From the NCBI GenBank assembly GCA_010405405.1, contig MU004240.1:634316-698315 (forward strand): DNA of 64,000 nucleotides. The letters are read 5' to 3'. Source of the DNA: Microthyrium microscopicum. Lineage: Eukaryota. The notes under the pieces were generated by a model that did not search any database, had not been told where the DNA came from, and saw nothing but the letters and a program-made list of their open reading frames with translations. Positions 26,399-37,434 of the stretch are shown in pieces. Both the position numbers and the translations under genes were made by a program. The first letter of the stretch is position 1. The number at the start of each line of letters is the position of its first letter.

Positions 26399-28758
26399 TC
26401 ACTCTTCCGCTGGGTTGTTCTGTGCTTGTGCCTGCTGTAGAGCAGTCTGCTCCCATGCCTCCAGCTTCAATCGCATAGCCTTGGAGAGCGACACGCTTGC
26501 GAAATTGCTGGGAAGAGGATGTCCAGCCTTGAGATACTCGAACTTCAAGTTGCGGGCCTTGTCCTTCAACGCAACCTGATCGCGAACCTTGAGGATTGCA
26601 CCACGGTTGGCATCTTCCTTCTGAATTTGCGCCCAGCTTGTTCCGAACTCTTCGATGTACGCAATAAGAGCAGATGTCTCCTCTTCTGTCCATTTCTTGC
26701 GCTCCTGAACCTTACGACCAGCGTCAGCTTTGGCTTCAGCCTTGAGCCCATCAGCGAACGTCTTGCCGCTGCTTTTGACTGCTCGATATTCTTCGGCAAT
26801 CTCTTGTGTACGAGCCTTGAAATAGAGTGGGTCAGATTGACTGGCTTGGGATACAGCGATCAACTCATCCGCAAGTGTATGTGTTCCTGGGTTGGTAAGT
26901 CCGAGTTCGCTGGTGCGTAGAGAGCTATCCGGTGGTGCAGTACGTGGGCCACGTTTGGCTCGGAAGCCTTCGTCTCCGCTCACTTCTTCATCATCGTTTC
27001 GTTTTCGCTTGCGCCTCGAGGTTGGTGCTTGGGCTTGACTGGGCGAAGCCGAGAACGAAATTTTGGTTCCATTAGGTTGTGTATCGAGCATGGATCTAGA
27101 CTGTTGAGTTTGGAAGGCTTGCAATTCTTGAATTCTTGCATCAGTTGCCGCTTGAGCTCCTCCAGCGTTTTGAGCATGCATGGCGAGCTCCTGCATGTAT
27201 CTGAAGTTCTGGTCATTTTGGCTTTGATCATTGAGGAGATTCTCCATTGGTGCTGTCTCAAACTGTGTTCCAGAATCAAAGTTGCCGATAGCTCCTTGGG
27301 ATTGGGAAGTGATCTTGATATCCCCAGATCTCAATCGATCAATGGTATTGACAATTTCGTCAATTCCACCCCGACTCTGGATTTGATTCGAAAGCTCACT
27401 GGATCGTAGTTTTGCCCAATCAAGGCCCTCGAGGATGAAGTTGCGAAGAGGATATTGTTCAGCAAGCTTTTCGATGTAGGCCTTACCTTCACCTTCAAAA
27501 GCATCGCTTTCTTCATCATCTGGCAGATATGCGTCAACCCTCTCGACCCATTCTTTAATCTTCTCAATGTTCTCGGTATCCATCATACTTCCAAGAGCTT
27601 CTGAGCCGAAAGACCGAACTGGGCAATGTTCCTGCATCTCCTTTGTCTTTTCTGACACAGGAATATTGTTTGTATCATAGAACACATCTCGCAACATAAT
27701 TCTAGGATCAAACTCCGAGGTGTGAGCCATGTTGTTGATAATTGATACAGCTAACTGAGTACGCAGTCCGATAGCCGTCGTAAATGTTAGGACTGCCAGG
27801 GCGCTGCTGCCGGATGGAAGTGCCTGTTGGGTGCTGAAGGCTTCCGTATTGCTGAATGAGGTGAGGAAAGGAGCCGAGAAGATGCGATTGTTTTCTTCCA
27901 ATCCTCGAGAGAGATGTTCATCTGCATATGAGTTGTGATACCATTGAGTCAATTGGCAGACAAAGCTCGCAAGATTGATTTTGTAAATGACGTCTTCGAG
28001 GCTGTAGTTGAGGTTCATAGAATGAGCAACAGCATAAGCCTCTTCGTTGCCCTCAAAAAAAGCTTGTTCAATTCTTCCAGGCTCAACATAATAAGCAGTG
28101 CGTTGGTCATCTCGATCCTCGCATCCTAGAATGGTCATCTGAGTCTTGATTTGTCCCAGAGCAGAGGTGATGCGCCGGTTAAGGCGAGAGTTTGGGTCAT
28201 CAAGCGCTGAAATGAGTTGTGGATTTGTCTCTGTATTCTCAAGGCGGCCCAGGATCTTGAGAATCGATTCTGCATTTCCATAGAGAGCTGGGAGTTCCTC
28301 AATAACATCCTCGGCATTAATAGCTTGAGTCGCAGGCCACTGGTCCTGGTTTTGTAGTAGGGCGTCCTCTTGGATGGCGGACAATTCTAGTCAAGTATTA
28401 GCCAACTTGTCAAAGCGTTCAACCCCAACCCTGAATCACGTTCATCTAACCCTGCGGCTGACCTCAAAGTAAACACCTTTTCTAACACCTGCGCTAACTT
28501 TCCAAAACCTTTTCAAACCACAACAAGGGGAACAGCAAACAGCAGAAAAGACGACGAACGCGACGCGGAAAGCTTGCACGTACCTGGATCCATATTGGAG
28601 TCGGGAATGACACGATTTGCAGCTCCTTTCCCTTTGGCTCGATTCTGAGTAGGAGAAGACGCTGGTTCACTAGATTGACCTCGCTTCCTTGTAATTCGGC
28701 CAGTTGTTGTGCTGTCTTCCGGAGGATTGCTTCCTCGTTTGGATCCGCGCGGTGGCAT
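26399..28758 (-). CDS. C-terminal Myb/telobox DNA-binding protein (Tbf1/TRF-like); intron 28387-28583
   Basis: RKKWTEEETSALIAYIEEFGTSWAQI...RDQVALKDKARNLK telobox-type Myb; exon 1 from MPPRGSKR splices in frame. Confidence 0.82.
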
Positions 28759-29471
28759 GATCGAGTATTGAGTGAGATGAGAAAGGCGATAAAGTGAACG
28801 TTGCCTGTAGGTCTCTATCGATTGAGGTGAGGTTAGTTTTGAGGTATATGCGCACGTTGTTGAGACCCTGGGCGGTTTGATCGTGCCTGCCTTTGCTTTG
28901 TGCTTCACGCAGAGTTTGAGATTCTCAAGAGGAAGGAGCGAGTGGTAGGTTTAGGGTATGCAGGCGCGACCGAATAATAAAGAACTACGAGCTGAGCTCT
29001 TGGCATTTGGCAAGTGCAAACCATTTGGGCAGGGACTGGTCCCTCCCAGTTGCCAGCCACAATTCAAAATTGCTACATTACAATTGGTCATAACTTGGTC
29101 AGGTGCAAAATAACATGTCCCAGTGCCTTCGAAGTCAACAATGAAGCTCTATTACTCTAAGCTTCAAAATACTTGACCACCCGGCAGAGACAGTTCTAGT
29201 TTGAGCTATAGGATCGTATCATGTTCAATAGGTGTTCTATGATCACCATAGCACTCGATAAAATAAAGCTTAGCTGGGCACCAGGACACTCGATGGGAGT
29301 TTGCTGTTTATTAAGCTCACTGGATTGACAGCGGCCTAGCGCGTCTCATGCAAGGCGCGACTGCCCCGGCCGAGAATTTCTGACCTCAACTTTCCAATAA
29401 TTTGATAGCTTGACATCCATCTATAAAATTGTTCTTCAATTTCCAAATTTTCCCTGCAGCTATCATCAACA

Positions 29472-30559
29472 ATGCCGTCTAGATCTCCATCCAGATCGAG
29501 GTCGCGGTCAAGGTCTCCTCGTAGATCAGTAACACCTCGCTCAGCCTCGCGATCCGTTTCGCCAGCTCCCCATCGATCACGTACTCCAGAACAACCTCGT
29601 CATAATGGCAGTCGCCGTACTGCTAGCAGATCGCCATCAAGAGGACAGTCTCGGAGCGATAGTCGAGGGCGCAGCTATAGTCGCAGTCGTAGTCGAACTA
29701 GAAGTCGAACACCACCGCGAAGCGCAAAGGTAGGCGCATAAACATCGCTCACCAGCCAGCTCTAACATGCGCGCAGATTGTGGTAGAGAAACTCACGAAG
29801 AACGTGAATCAAGCACACTTGGAGGAGATATTTGGTCATTATGGCAGGATCAATGACATTGACCTGCCGATGAACATGAATTGTACGTAAGCATTACTCT
29901 TTTGTTGTGGTCAATGCTAACTATTCGCAGTCAATACCAATCGTGGAACTGCCTATATCGTATACGAATCCGTCGCATCAGCCGAATCTGCCATAGCACA
30001 TATGCATGAGGCTCAGTTGGATGGCTCTGTCGTGTCTGTTTCCATAGTCCTCCCTCGACGACGATTCTCCGTATCACCCCCGCCGCGCACAGTCGCTCGC
30101 CCACCTCGTCAAGACTATCCACCATACCCATCCGGACCTCAAAGAGGAGGCTACGGTGGCCGCGGTGGAGCTCAAAACAATTATGGAGGCGGACCACGGT
30201 TTGGTGGACCACCAGGTCGCAATGGTCGCTCACGATCACCTCCAAGAGGATACGGCGCGTCTAGAGGACGTAACGACGGACGTAACGATGGCTATTATAG
30301 AAGAAGAAGCTATTCTCGAAGTCGTAGCCCAGCACCCGGAAGAAGGAGTAGATCTCCTACTCGTTCACCAAGTCGTACACCACCACGTCGAGGAGGTGGA
30401 GGTGGAAGTGGCAGTGGAGAGTATCGTCGTCGGGAAAGTCCACCGCCAGCACGTGGTAGTGGCCCATCGAGAAGACGAAGTCCGAGCTACGATAGCTACA
30501 GTGGCTATAGCTCACGTAGTCGCAGCAGGAGCCGGGACAGAGGTGGTCGAAGAAGATGA
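29472..30559 (+). CDS. RNPS1: RNPS1-like SR/RRM splicing (EJC/ASAP) protein; introns ~29730-29777 and ~29883-29930
   Basis: RS-rich termini; RRM KIVVEKLTKNVNQAHLEEIFGHYG.I..IDLPMN..NRGTAYI...AIAHMHEAQLDG. Confidence 0.85.
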
Positions 30560-30901
30560 TCGTGTGGGTAAACAGAATTAGCATTCTTAGGTTGTGCTTA
30601 CCAAAAGTTGAAGCTCCAAAACCAATGAACTGGCATGTCCCAATCAGCTTTGCTTTCTGCCATTTTCGATGCCCCTTATGGGCAGCTATCTCTCTCACCA
30701 AGTGCTAGAAGCGCGGACTAGTCATCGAATATCAGGAAATACCAATACGCGAGCTTTCTGTACCCACTGACTACCATCCAGCTTTTGACAGTTTGCCTTT
30801 GTTGTATGTATCTCTGACACTGAAGGATTCTCATTCATTCATGCTGATGTAAATTGAGACAGATACCGTGAGAAGCAGTTCAAGCTTATTGGATTCCTAC
30901 C

Positions 30902-32448
30902 TCATCGCAATCCTAATGCAACTATATTGGCACTAGTTGCTTTACCGTCCATGATCTCACTAAGTACCAAGCCGCTACCAAGTGACTGTGATATGCCCCA
31001 AGCTCCATGCCCTGAGGCAAGAAACACACCGCTTCTCGCATTCTCTTCTGTCAGCTTGTCGCCTAAGTGTCGATTGGATATCCGACTTATGATCGGCCGT
31101 CCAGTAGCAGTTACGGGCCGGAAACACTAGGGGAAAATCAGTTTGCAGATCTTGGATATAGCAACCAAAGTTAATCGCAAGATCCACTAACTCACCAGGC
31201 TCTCTCTAACTACTTGCAATGAATCTGGCTGCTCGAGTTTGCCAAGCATCTGAGTTGAAGCTCTTTTCAAGCTCTCGATGCATTCGGGAATTGGTGTCGC
31301 ATCAGAGGCCAGTTCTGGAAGAGGCATTGTGGTGCTATTAAGTCCTGCGATATAGATTTGTTCTTCACGACGACTGAATATCTCGGGAGCAAATCCCTCC
31401 ATATCCGTCGCAAATACGGCATGGCATCCGTTAGACTGATGTTCCTTGGTCCATCGACTAGATCTGAGCAATAATGAGTGACCTGCCAATGCAGTCACTG
31501 GAATCTTGATAGGAGCAGATGGAAAGAGCTCAGAGAAGACCCTAGGAGACCATGCGCCTGCACAGATCACAAGGCGTGTGCACGGAACTGATATATCAGT
31601 CTTGGATCTTGAAACAAAACGTGTAATAGATGGCTCGTACATACTCTCGGATTCGATTGCATCTTTGAGAATCGTCACGCCCGACAGGATCCCATCAGCA
31701 TTCTTGACAACAGTGACCGCTTTGGCTGGTTGGTGTACAGTTACACCCTGCTTCTGACATTCATCCAGTAGAAATTGGCACAGTCGAAGCGGATCCCTAT
31801 AGACCGTTAATTCAGGACTTGATCAAATCTCCGCCCAACATACAGCTGGGCAACATCACCATCCCGACTGATCAAGTCCAACGATCCTGACGTTGGCATA
31901 TTCACCCATCCTGGCCGCTCGCTCTCGTTAAACCTCTTTCTATCAGCAGCGCTCGCTCTCGTCGTCCCCTCCAACAACCAGTCTTCTCCACTCCCACCCA
32001 CTGCATCTTCGCTATCGCCTGAGCTCAAGGACGTGCCAACGCTGCGACTATACCCCCATCGCTCTTCTCCATTAAACGTATCTGCCAACTCGCGATGCAG
32101 TCGAAAAGACAACGCACCTAGCGCTGCCACGGGAGGCGCAAACCCTATGTGCGCCCAAAGCTCATCAGTTCCACGTTTGGCAAAGTGGAGGAGGGGTGGT
32201 GGCCGGGTACGTCTATAAGCTGTTTTGAAACAGTATAGTGGCCTTTTTTTTTGGGACTTGGACAACACCCCCTACAATGGGTTTTACTCACAGTCCTCTG
32301 CCAGGAAGCCTCCTGCTAGCCCTGATGCGCACTTGAATAGTTCAGCGGACGAATCTATCAGCACGATACGTCCATTGGACCGCGATGATAGGTAGTAGGC
32401 TGTGGAGAGACCAATAATGCCCGCTCCTATAATGACCGTGTCTGTCAT
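30902..32448 (-). CDS. FAD-dependent oxidoreductase, DAO family (Tda3-like); 3 introns
   Basis: VIIGAGIIGLSTAYYL Rossmann motif, ASGLAGGFLA, LVICAGAWS, CFRPVT..GRP, GHGAWGISQSLGSG. Confidence 0.9.
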
Positions 32449-33235
32449 TGTGCTATCGTGTTCGGGGTATATCTTCAAACCTCGTTCTTAGCGTAGGTTT
32501 GTCTTCCCTCTCAGTTTCTCAGTAGTTGTTGTAAATGGAAGAGTCAGTTATATTCGTTCTTGAGACAAGCTTCGTAATAAGGCGTATTGTAAGGCCAAGC
32601 GAAGGAGTCCGGCTAGTACCGAGTACAAGAATGACTCTAAGGCGCAGAGAGCCCCAATGCACGATATATCATGAGATCGGATAGAAGTGATTGGTCTTCA
32701 AGTCTTGTTTCACTGCTAGGAGGAGAACAACCGGGTTTATCCTGCGCTGGGCTGCATATACTGGAGTGATGTAGACCAACCAGTGGCATGATTATCGGCT
32801 GGGATTGTTGGTGGTGAAGAGAACAGCCCACCACGACCTTGCTCGCGGAATATAGGATGCGAAGCCGTCTCTTGGGAGAAACAACACTATTCACCACTTT
32901 TATACCCGTGGAATATCCCCGCCAGTCTCGAACTCCAGAGGAAATCGCGTTCGCTTCGAAGTGTTTCGTCGTGATGACCTCGAGTCTGGGTTATCGTCCC
33001 TCTGCGATGTTGCACATGTTACAGACGGCTAGTACTCGATATACCAGGTTTGAATGGAGAGGGTCGGCAGCACAAGATATCTTGATCACTCCACTTTTCT
33101 GAAGGTTGACAACTGTAACCTCTTTAAGCCTAGTCTTTTGCAACGATATGAGAGGCATCTTACTGTCTTTATCGAAATCTAGCTAGTTTCCGTTAGGAAG
33201 ACCTACAAGTGATTCAGTTTAAGACGCTAAAGGGA

Positions 33236-33357
33236 AGTGAAATGCGCTATCACTGAGTGATAGCGCATTTCACTCTTTTTAAGTAATTTTTACTTAAGCC
33301 ACAGTTAAGCCAAATTAGGACGAAAGAGTAGTATCGGATCAGGATCCGATACTACTC
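33236..33357. repeat. Cluster of three perfect inverted repeats (19-, 8- and 15-bp arms)
   Basis: AGTGAAATGCGCTATCACT-g-AGTGATAGCGCATTTCACT (33236-33274); TTAAGTAA-ttt-TTACTTAA (33279-33297); GAGTAGTATCGGATC-ag-GATCCGATACTACTC (33326-33357). Confidence 0.95.
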
Positions 33358-34165
33358 GGATACAGATATTTTGTGCTGCCGACCCTCTCCAATACGCTAC
33401 GCCGTCAACGCGCGCAAGCAACGACCAGTTTTGTGGAGATATCATTGTGACAATAGGATTATTTTATGCTCGCATAGTGGGGTAGACGTGGATGAGCTTT
33501 CAAAATCTCAAGCCCTCGCCAGGCCCCAGCGACAAGTTGGTTGTAAATTCGCAATAGCTGTCTTGCCTGTCATATCAAGGCCAACGGCGAGAAGATCTAA
33601 ACATCCAGCCCCAGGCCTTACACCGTTGAGGAGTGACACCTTGTCTTGGAAGAGACATAGCCAACAGCCCAGAACCACCAACAAGAACCGCCCAGAAAAA
33701 CCTAGCCGATATCATACTAGACCATGACAGAATCTACGAGCAACCACCTGGGACCTTGTCCTTCGGAGCTCGGAACATAGCCGCTTCCATGTTTCTGGTA
33801 AATGTCGCTGCGCTACTTCACACGTTCAAACCTAGGAAAGTCCTGTGCGGCAGCTGAAAGGGAAAGGGTATCTGTGTACAACTCAACCAAGCAGCTGCGA
33901 CAATCCCTGAACTTTGGTATCGTATCTATTGTCAAGGACCGTAAATAGCGCCGCGTCCATTTCAACTTTCTTGCCCACATATATTCATCCTGTTACCTGT
34001 TGCCAACGTTGGTTCGACTACTCATCAATTCTTGAGTACTTAAACACTGGTGACGACATCTTTCCTGGTCCATTTACCACTAGTCCGTGTGAGCCACTGA
34101 TTTTATATTTCTCCGTATCCTTTGACGAGTTTGATATCCATCCAGACTAAGCCAGGGAGCACGTC

Positions 34166-35090
34166 ATGAAGGTCATCATTGTTACGGGGGCCTCGAGAGG
34201 TATGCTAGACCGAAATCATCGAACTATATCACAGTTTCTGGATGCTGATTGAGTTGAACAGGCATCGGCCGAGCAGTCGCCAAGTTCCTCCTCGATAAGA
34301 AATGCAAAGTAGTAGTCGCAGCTAGAGACGGTAATGCTCTGGATCAGCTGCGACAAGACTACCCAGATAACGCCTTAGTCGTCGTCGCAGACTTCAGTGA
34401 TCTAAAAGTTGGCCAAGAGGTGGTTAACGCCGCCATAAAAACCTGGGGGAGGCTCGACGGCATTGTAATCAATCATGGTCAGCTAGCACCAGTCAACAGA
34501 GTTGGAAATACAACAGCAGAGCAATGGAGACAAGCATTCGATGTCAATTTCTTTTCGGCTATATCACTGGTATTGATTCTACATCATTATCTACTGCATC
34601 TCGTACTAATCCGACTCAAGGTTCAAGCTGCTCTTCCTGCTTTACGAGAAAGATCGGGGAAGATCATATTCACCTCCTCTGGGGCAGCACTTAATGCATA
34701 CGCAGCATGGGGTCCGTACGGCGCAAGCAAAGCAGCGATAAACCATTTGACAAAAACTTTGAGCGTCGAGGAACCTAAAGTAATCACCGTGGCTATTCGA
34801 CCAGGTACCGTCAATACCGAAATGCAACGAGAAATCCGGGAGGAATATAACGAAGAAATGGACGATAAGGATCTCCAGAAATTCGCAAATCTTAAGGCAG
34901 ATGGCGAGCTTCTACGGCCGGAACAACCTGGCCACGTTATTGCTAAGCTGGTCTTGGAGGCGCCACTGAACTTCAGCGGCAAGTTCTACTCGTAAGTATA
35001 TTCCGCGCAAGAGTCATCTGACCATAACATTACGTTGCTAACTTGAGCAGATGGAACGACGGTGAGCTGGAAAATTTTCAGGATGATTAG
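34166..35090 (+). CDS. Short-chain dehydrogenase/reductase (sepiapterin/benzil reductase-like); 3 introns
   Basis: MKVIIVTGASRG|IG, INHG, IIFTSSGAA, catalytic YGASK, IRPGTVNT. Confidence 0.9.
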
Positions 35091-35169
35091 TCGGCATCTG
35101 AAAATGGCCTATTCGACATTAGCCTTTGATCATAGAGATGAATTTGTACGAGTCAACATTGAAATCAAA

Positions 35170-35257
35170 CAATCAGCCGAAAGATGAAAAGTCTCGATAT
35201 ATTTATTTCCACATAGTGTTTTCGGTTTTAGCATGGAATATTTTTTGTCATCATGAA
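35170..35257 (-). ncRNA. Box C/D snoRNA 3, dual guide: 18S Am796 (snR53-like) and 25S Am807 (snR39/snR59-like)
   Basis: C box ATGATGA 35254-35248. D' guide TATTCCATGCTAA complements 18S UUAGCAUGGAAUA; D guide CATCTTTCGG-CTGA complements 25S CCGAAAGAUG. The +5 rule hits the known methylated A in both. Confidence 0.85.
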
Positions 35258-35393
35258 GAGTGGGCATGGGATAGATCTGATTTGCGTACCTTTTACATTC
35301 ACTTCGGTGCTGAAGAATTCTCTAGGAGCACCTACATCTGTAATCAGCCAAAGGCATTCTGATGGATGCATGGTGTTGTAGGTTGAGGGAAAT

Positions 35394-35476
35394 GGGTTCA
35401 GGTTATCGAATCATATTTTTTTGCTCCACATTGATTGTTCGGCATTTGATAGTACAAAAAGTTTGTTCATCAGGGT
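35394..35476 (-). ncRNA. Box C/D snoRNA 2, guide to 18S U122 (yeast numbering; equivalent of human Um121)
   Basis: C box TGATGA 35472-35467, D' CCGA 35442-35439, C' ATGTGGA, D CTGA 35401-35398. The 12-nt guide GTACTATCAAAT complements fungal 18S AUUUGAUAGUAC. Confidence 0.78.
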
Positions 35477-35691
35477 ATCGAGTATCGCTTTCGTCCATGA
35501 CTTACCGTCTACACAGCAGAATGCGACCCGGCATAGTGTTATCCCCATCATGATGATGGGAGACCCGAGTCTACATAGCAAAATAAGTTCCAGCACCCTT
35601 CATGGTCCAGCCATAGTCCAGAGTCCTACTCGAAGAACAGTTAGCCTCAATCTTAGACGTATGTGGTACGAGCAGTGAATGGTTGAAGGTT

Positions 35692-35771
35692 AAATCAGGA
35701 ACTCCGTTTGGCGTGGAGTGTCGTTCAGCACGAAAATACTATGATAGGGGCGACAACAAGCTCATCATGAT
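35692..35771 (-). ncRNA. Box C/D snoRNA 1, snR60/U80-like guide (25S Gm908, yeast numbering)
   Basis: C box ATGATGA 35768-35762; D box CTGA 35698-35695; C'-like GTGCTGA. Guide TCGCCCCTAT is complementary to conserved LSU AUAGGGGCGA; D' is degenerate. Confidence 0.7.
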
Positions 35772-36186
35772 AACTTGAAATAGTGAATGAAGGAGGCTGT
35801 TCAACTTACTTGGATAGTCCAGGGTGAGACGCGAAGAGACTGGCAATGGAAGGTTGTTGAACGTGTGAAAGTATTTGGTGAGAAGGATGTAGTGCGGTGA
35901 AGGAAATTTTGAGAAAAGGTTTGGCAAAGATAATCTCGCCAAGCCGCTAATAGGTCACAGCGCCCCCTAGTCCATGTTACTTCCCCCCAACAGCATGTCT
36001 TTACCGTTCCACCCCTCAAACATATAAGATGCTGCCTCCTTCTAACATCCACCTCTTTTCAAGATGACAAAATTACACCCAAACTCAACATTCCTCTCTA
36101 CTTCATACTCGCAGCAAACCTATCACCTACCAAATATCTGAGCGCGCCGCTGAGAGCTAGCAGTCTTTGCGCAAACAACTATCACC

Positions 36187-36796
36187 ATGTCAGATCGCGA
36201 GTTCGGAGGTCAGTAAAGCTCAAATGATCTGTTTAGGCAATACTAACATTCAATAGGTGCCGATGACTTGTCTCTCCCGAAAGGTACGCAACACCTGACA
36301 CGCGTTGATGCGCGCTCTCACCTCAAACCGACCTCACTAACCACACCCTCTTGATAGCGACCGTACAGAAGATTATCCAGGAGATATTAGCTGCCGATGG
36401 CGACGCCAGTGTCGCCTTTAGTAAGGAGTCGCGCGATCTGCTTATCGAGTGCTGCGTCGAGTTTGTCACATTGATCTCATCCGAGGCCAACGAGATAGCC
36501 GAGAAGGAAGCAAAGAAGACAATCGCATGCGAACATGTCACAGCAGCCTTGCAGACATTGGGATACCCCGACTATGTACCTGAGATAGACAAAGTGGCGA
36601 GAGAGCATAAGCAGCAGCAAGCCGTAGGTTTCAATCACCCAGCAGCCCATTTCTAGACACTAACAGCAATTAGAGCCGCGAGAAAAAACAGACCAAGATG
36701 GAGAAGAGCGGGTTGACGGAGGAGCAATTGATTGCGCAACAACAGGAACTGTTCAATCAGGCTAACGACAAGTTTGCCCACGTCGCCGCAGACTAA
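36187..36796 (+). CDS. NCB2: Negative cofactor 2 beta subunit (Dr1), histone fold; 3 introns, two very short first exons
   Basis: MSDREFG|GADDLSLPK|ATVQKII...FSKESRDLLIECCVEFVTLISSEANEIAEKEAKKTIACEHV...LIAQQQELF. Confidence 0.95.
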
Positions 36797-37434
36797 GCCT
36801 ACTCTCCCTCGCATATCTTTGACCTTGAAGAAGGCATCCGAAATGTATAATGCTCACGGGGTTGGATAGGTAGGCTTTATTTCCTAACCAAGGCGACAAG
36901 CATGCCAAACAGGATTAGACTCTAGGCGGTGGTCTCCTGATGGTTCATCTGCAAGCAGAGTCGTATAATGTGTCATGAACAAGTTTTGATATTTATCAAT
37001 AATTATGAGCAGCTCCATTGACAGACGCTCCATGCGATGACTGCTTGCTATCTTGTGAAAGTGTCCAGACCAAAGGGCAGGTGACGTGCATCTTGCTTCT
37101 TCTACTGCTACTTCACAACCCTGGTTCTCGGTGTGTGCAATATCCAAGTGTCAAAGCCATTCATCTACACTTTTAAGCCTTAGGCTCACCTCTGCTATGT
37201 TGAAGATTTGGTACCTAATTTGAGGGATCCAGCCTTATTGAGCTAGCACTAGATCCCTACCAAACTGCGGGTCATTGGTCCGTGCTCCCTCAGACCTTTT
37301 ATAACCTTAGGTTGTAGATTCATCTGACCGTCAGCCTATCTCTACTTCATTTCTCCAAGCAAACTTACCAGGAAATTCACCGTTACTCCTCATCTCCAAA
37401 GACACACATTGCGCGCTCGAACCCTGAAGGCATC

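Larger units (their letters stand above)
35090..35930 (-). ncRNA. Putative non-coding snoRNA host transcript with three spliceosomal introns (35626-35809, 35338-35505, 35109-35289); transcript ends approximate
   Basis: Three GTAAGT/GTAAGT/GTACGC donors with GCTAAC/GCTGAT/GCTAAT branch points and YAG acceptors. Each intron holds a C box...D box unit. The exons carry no substantial ORF. Confidence 0.75.
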
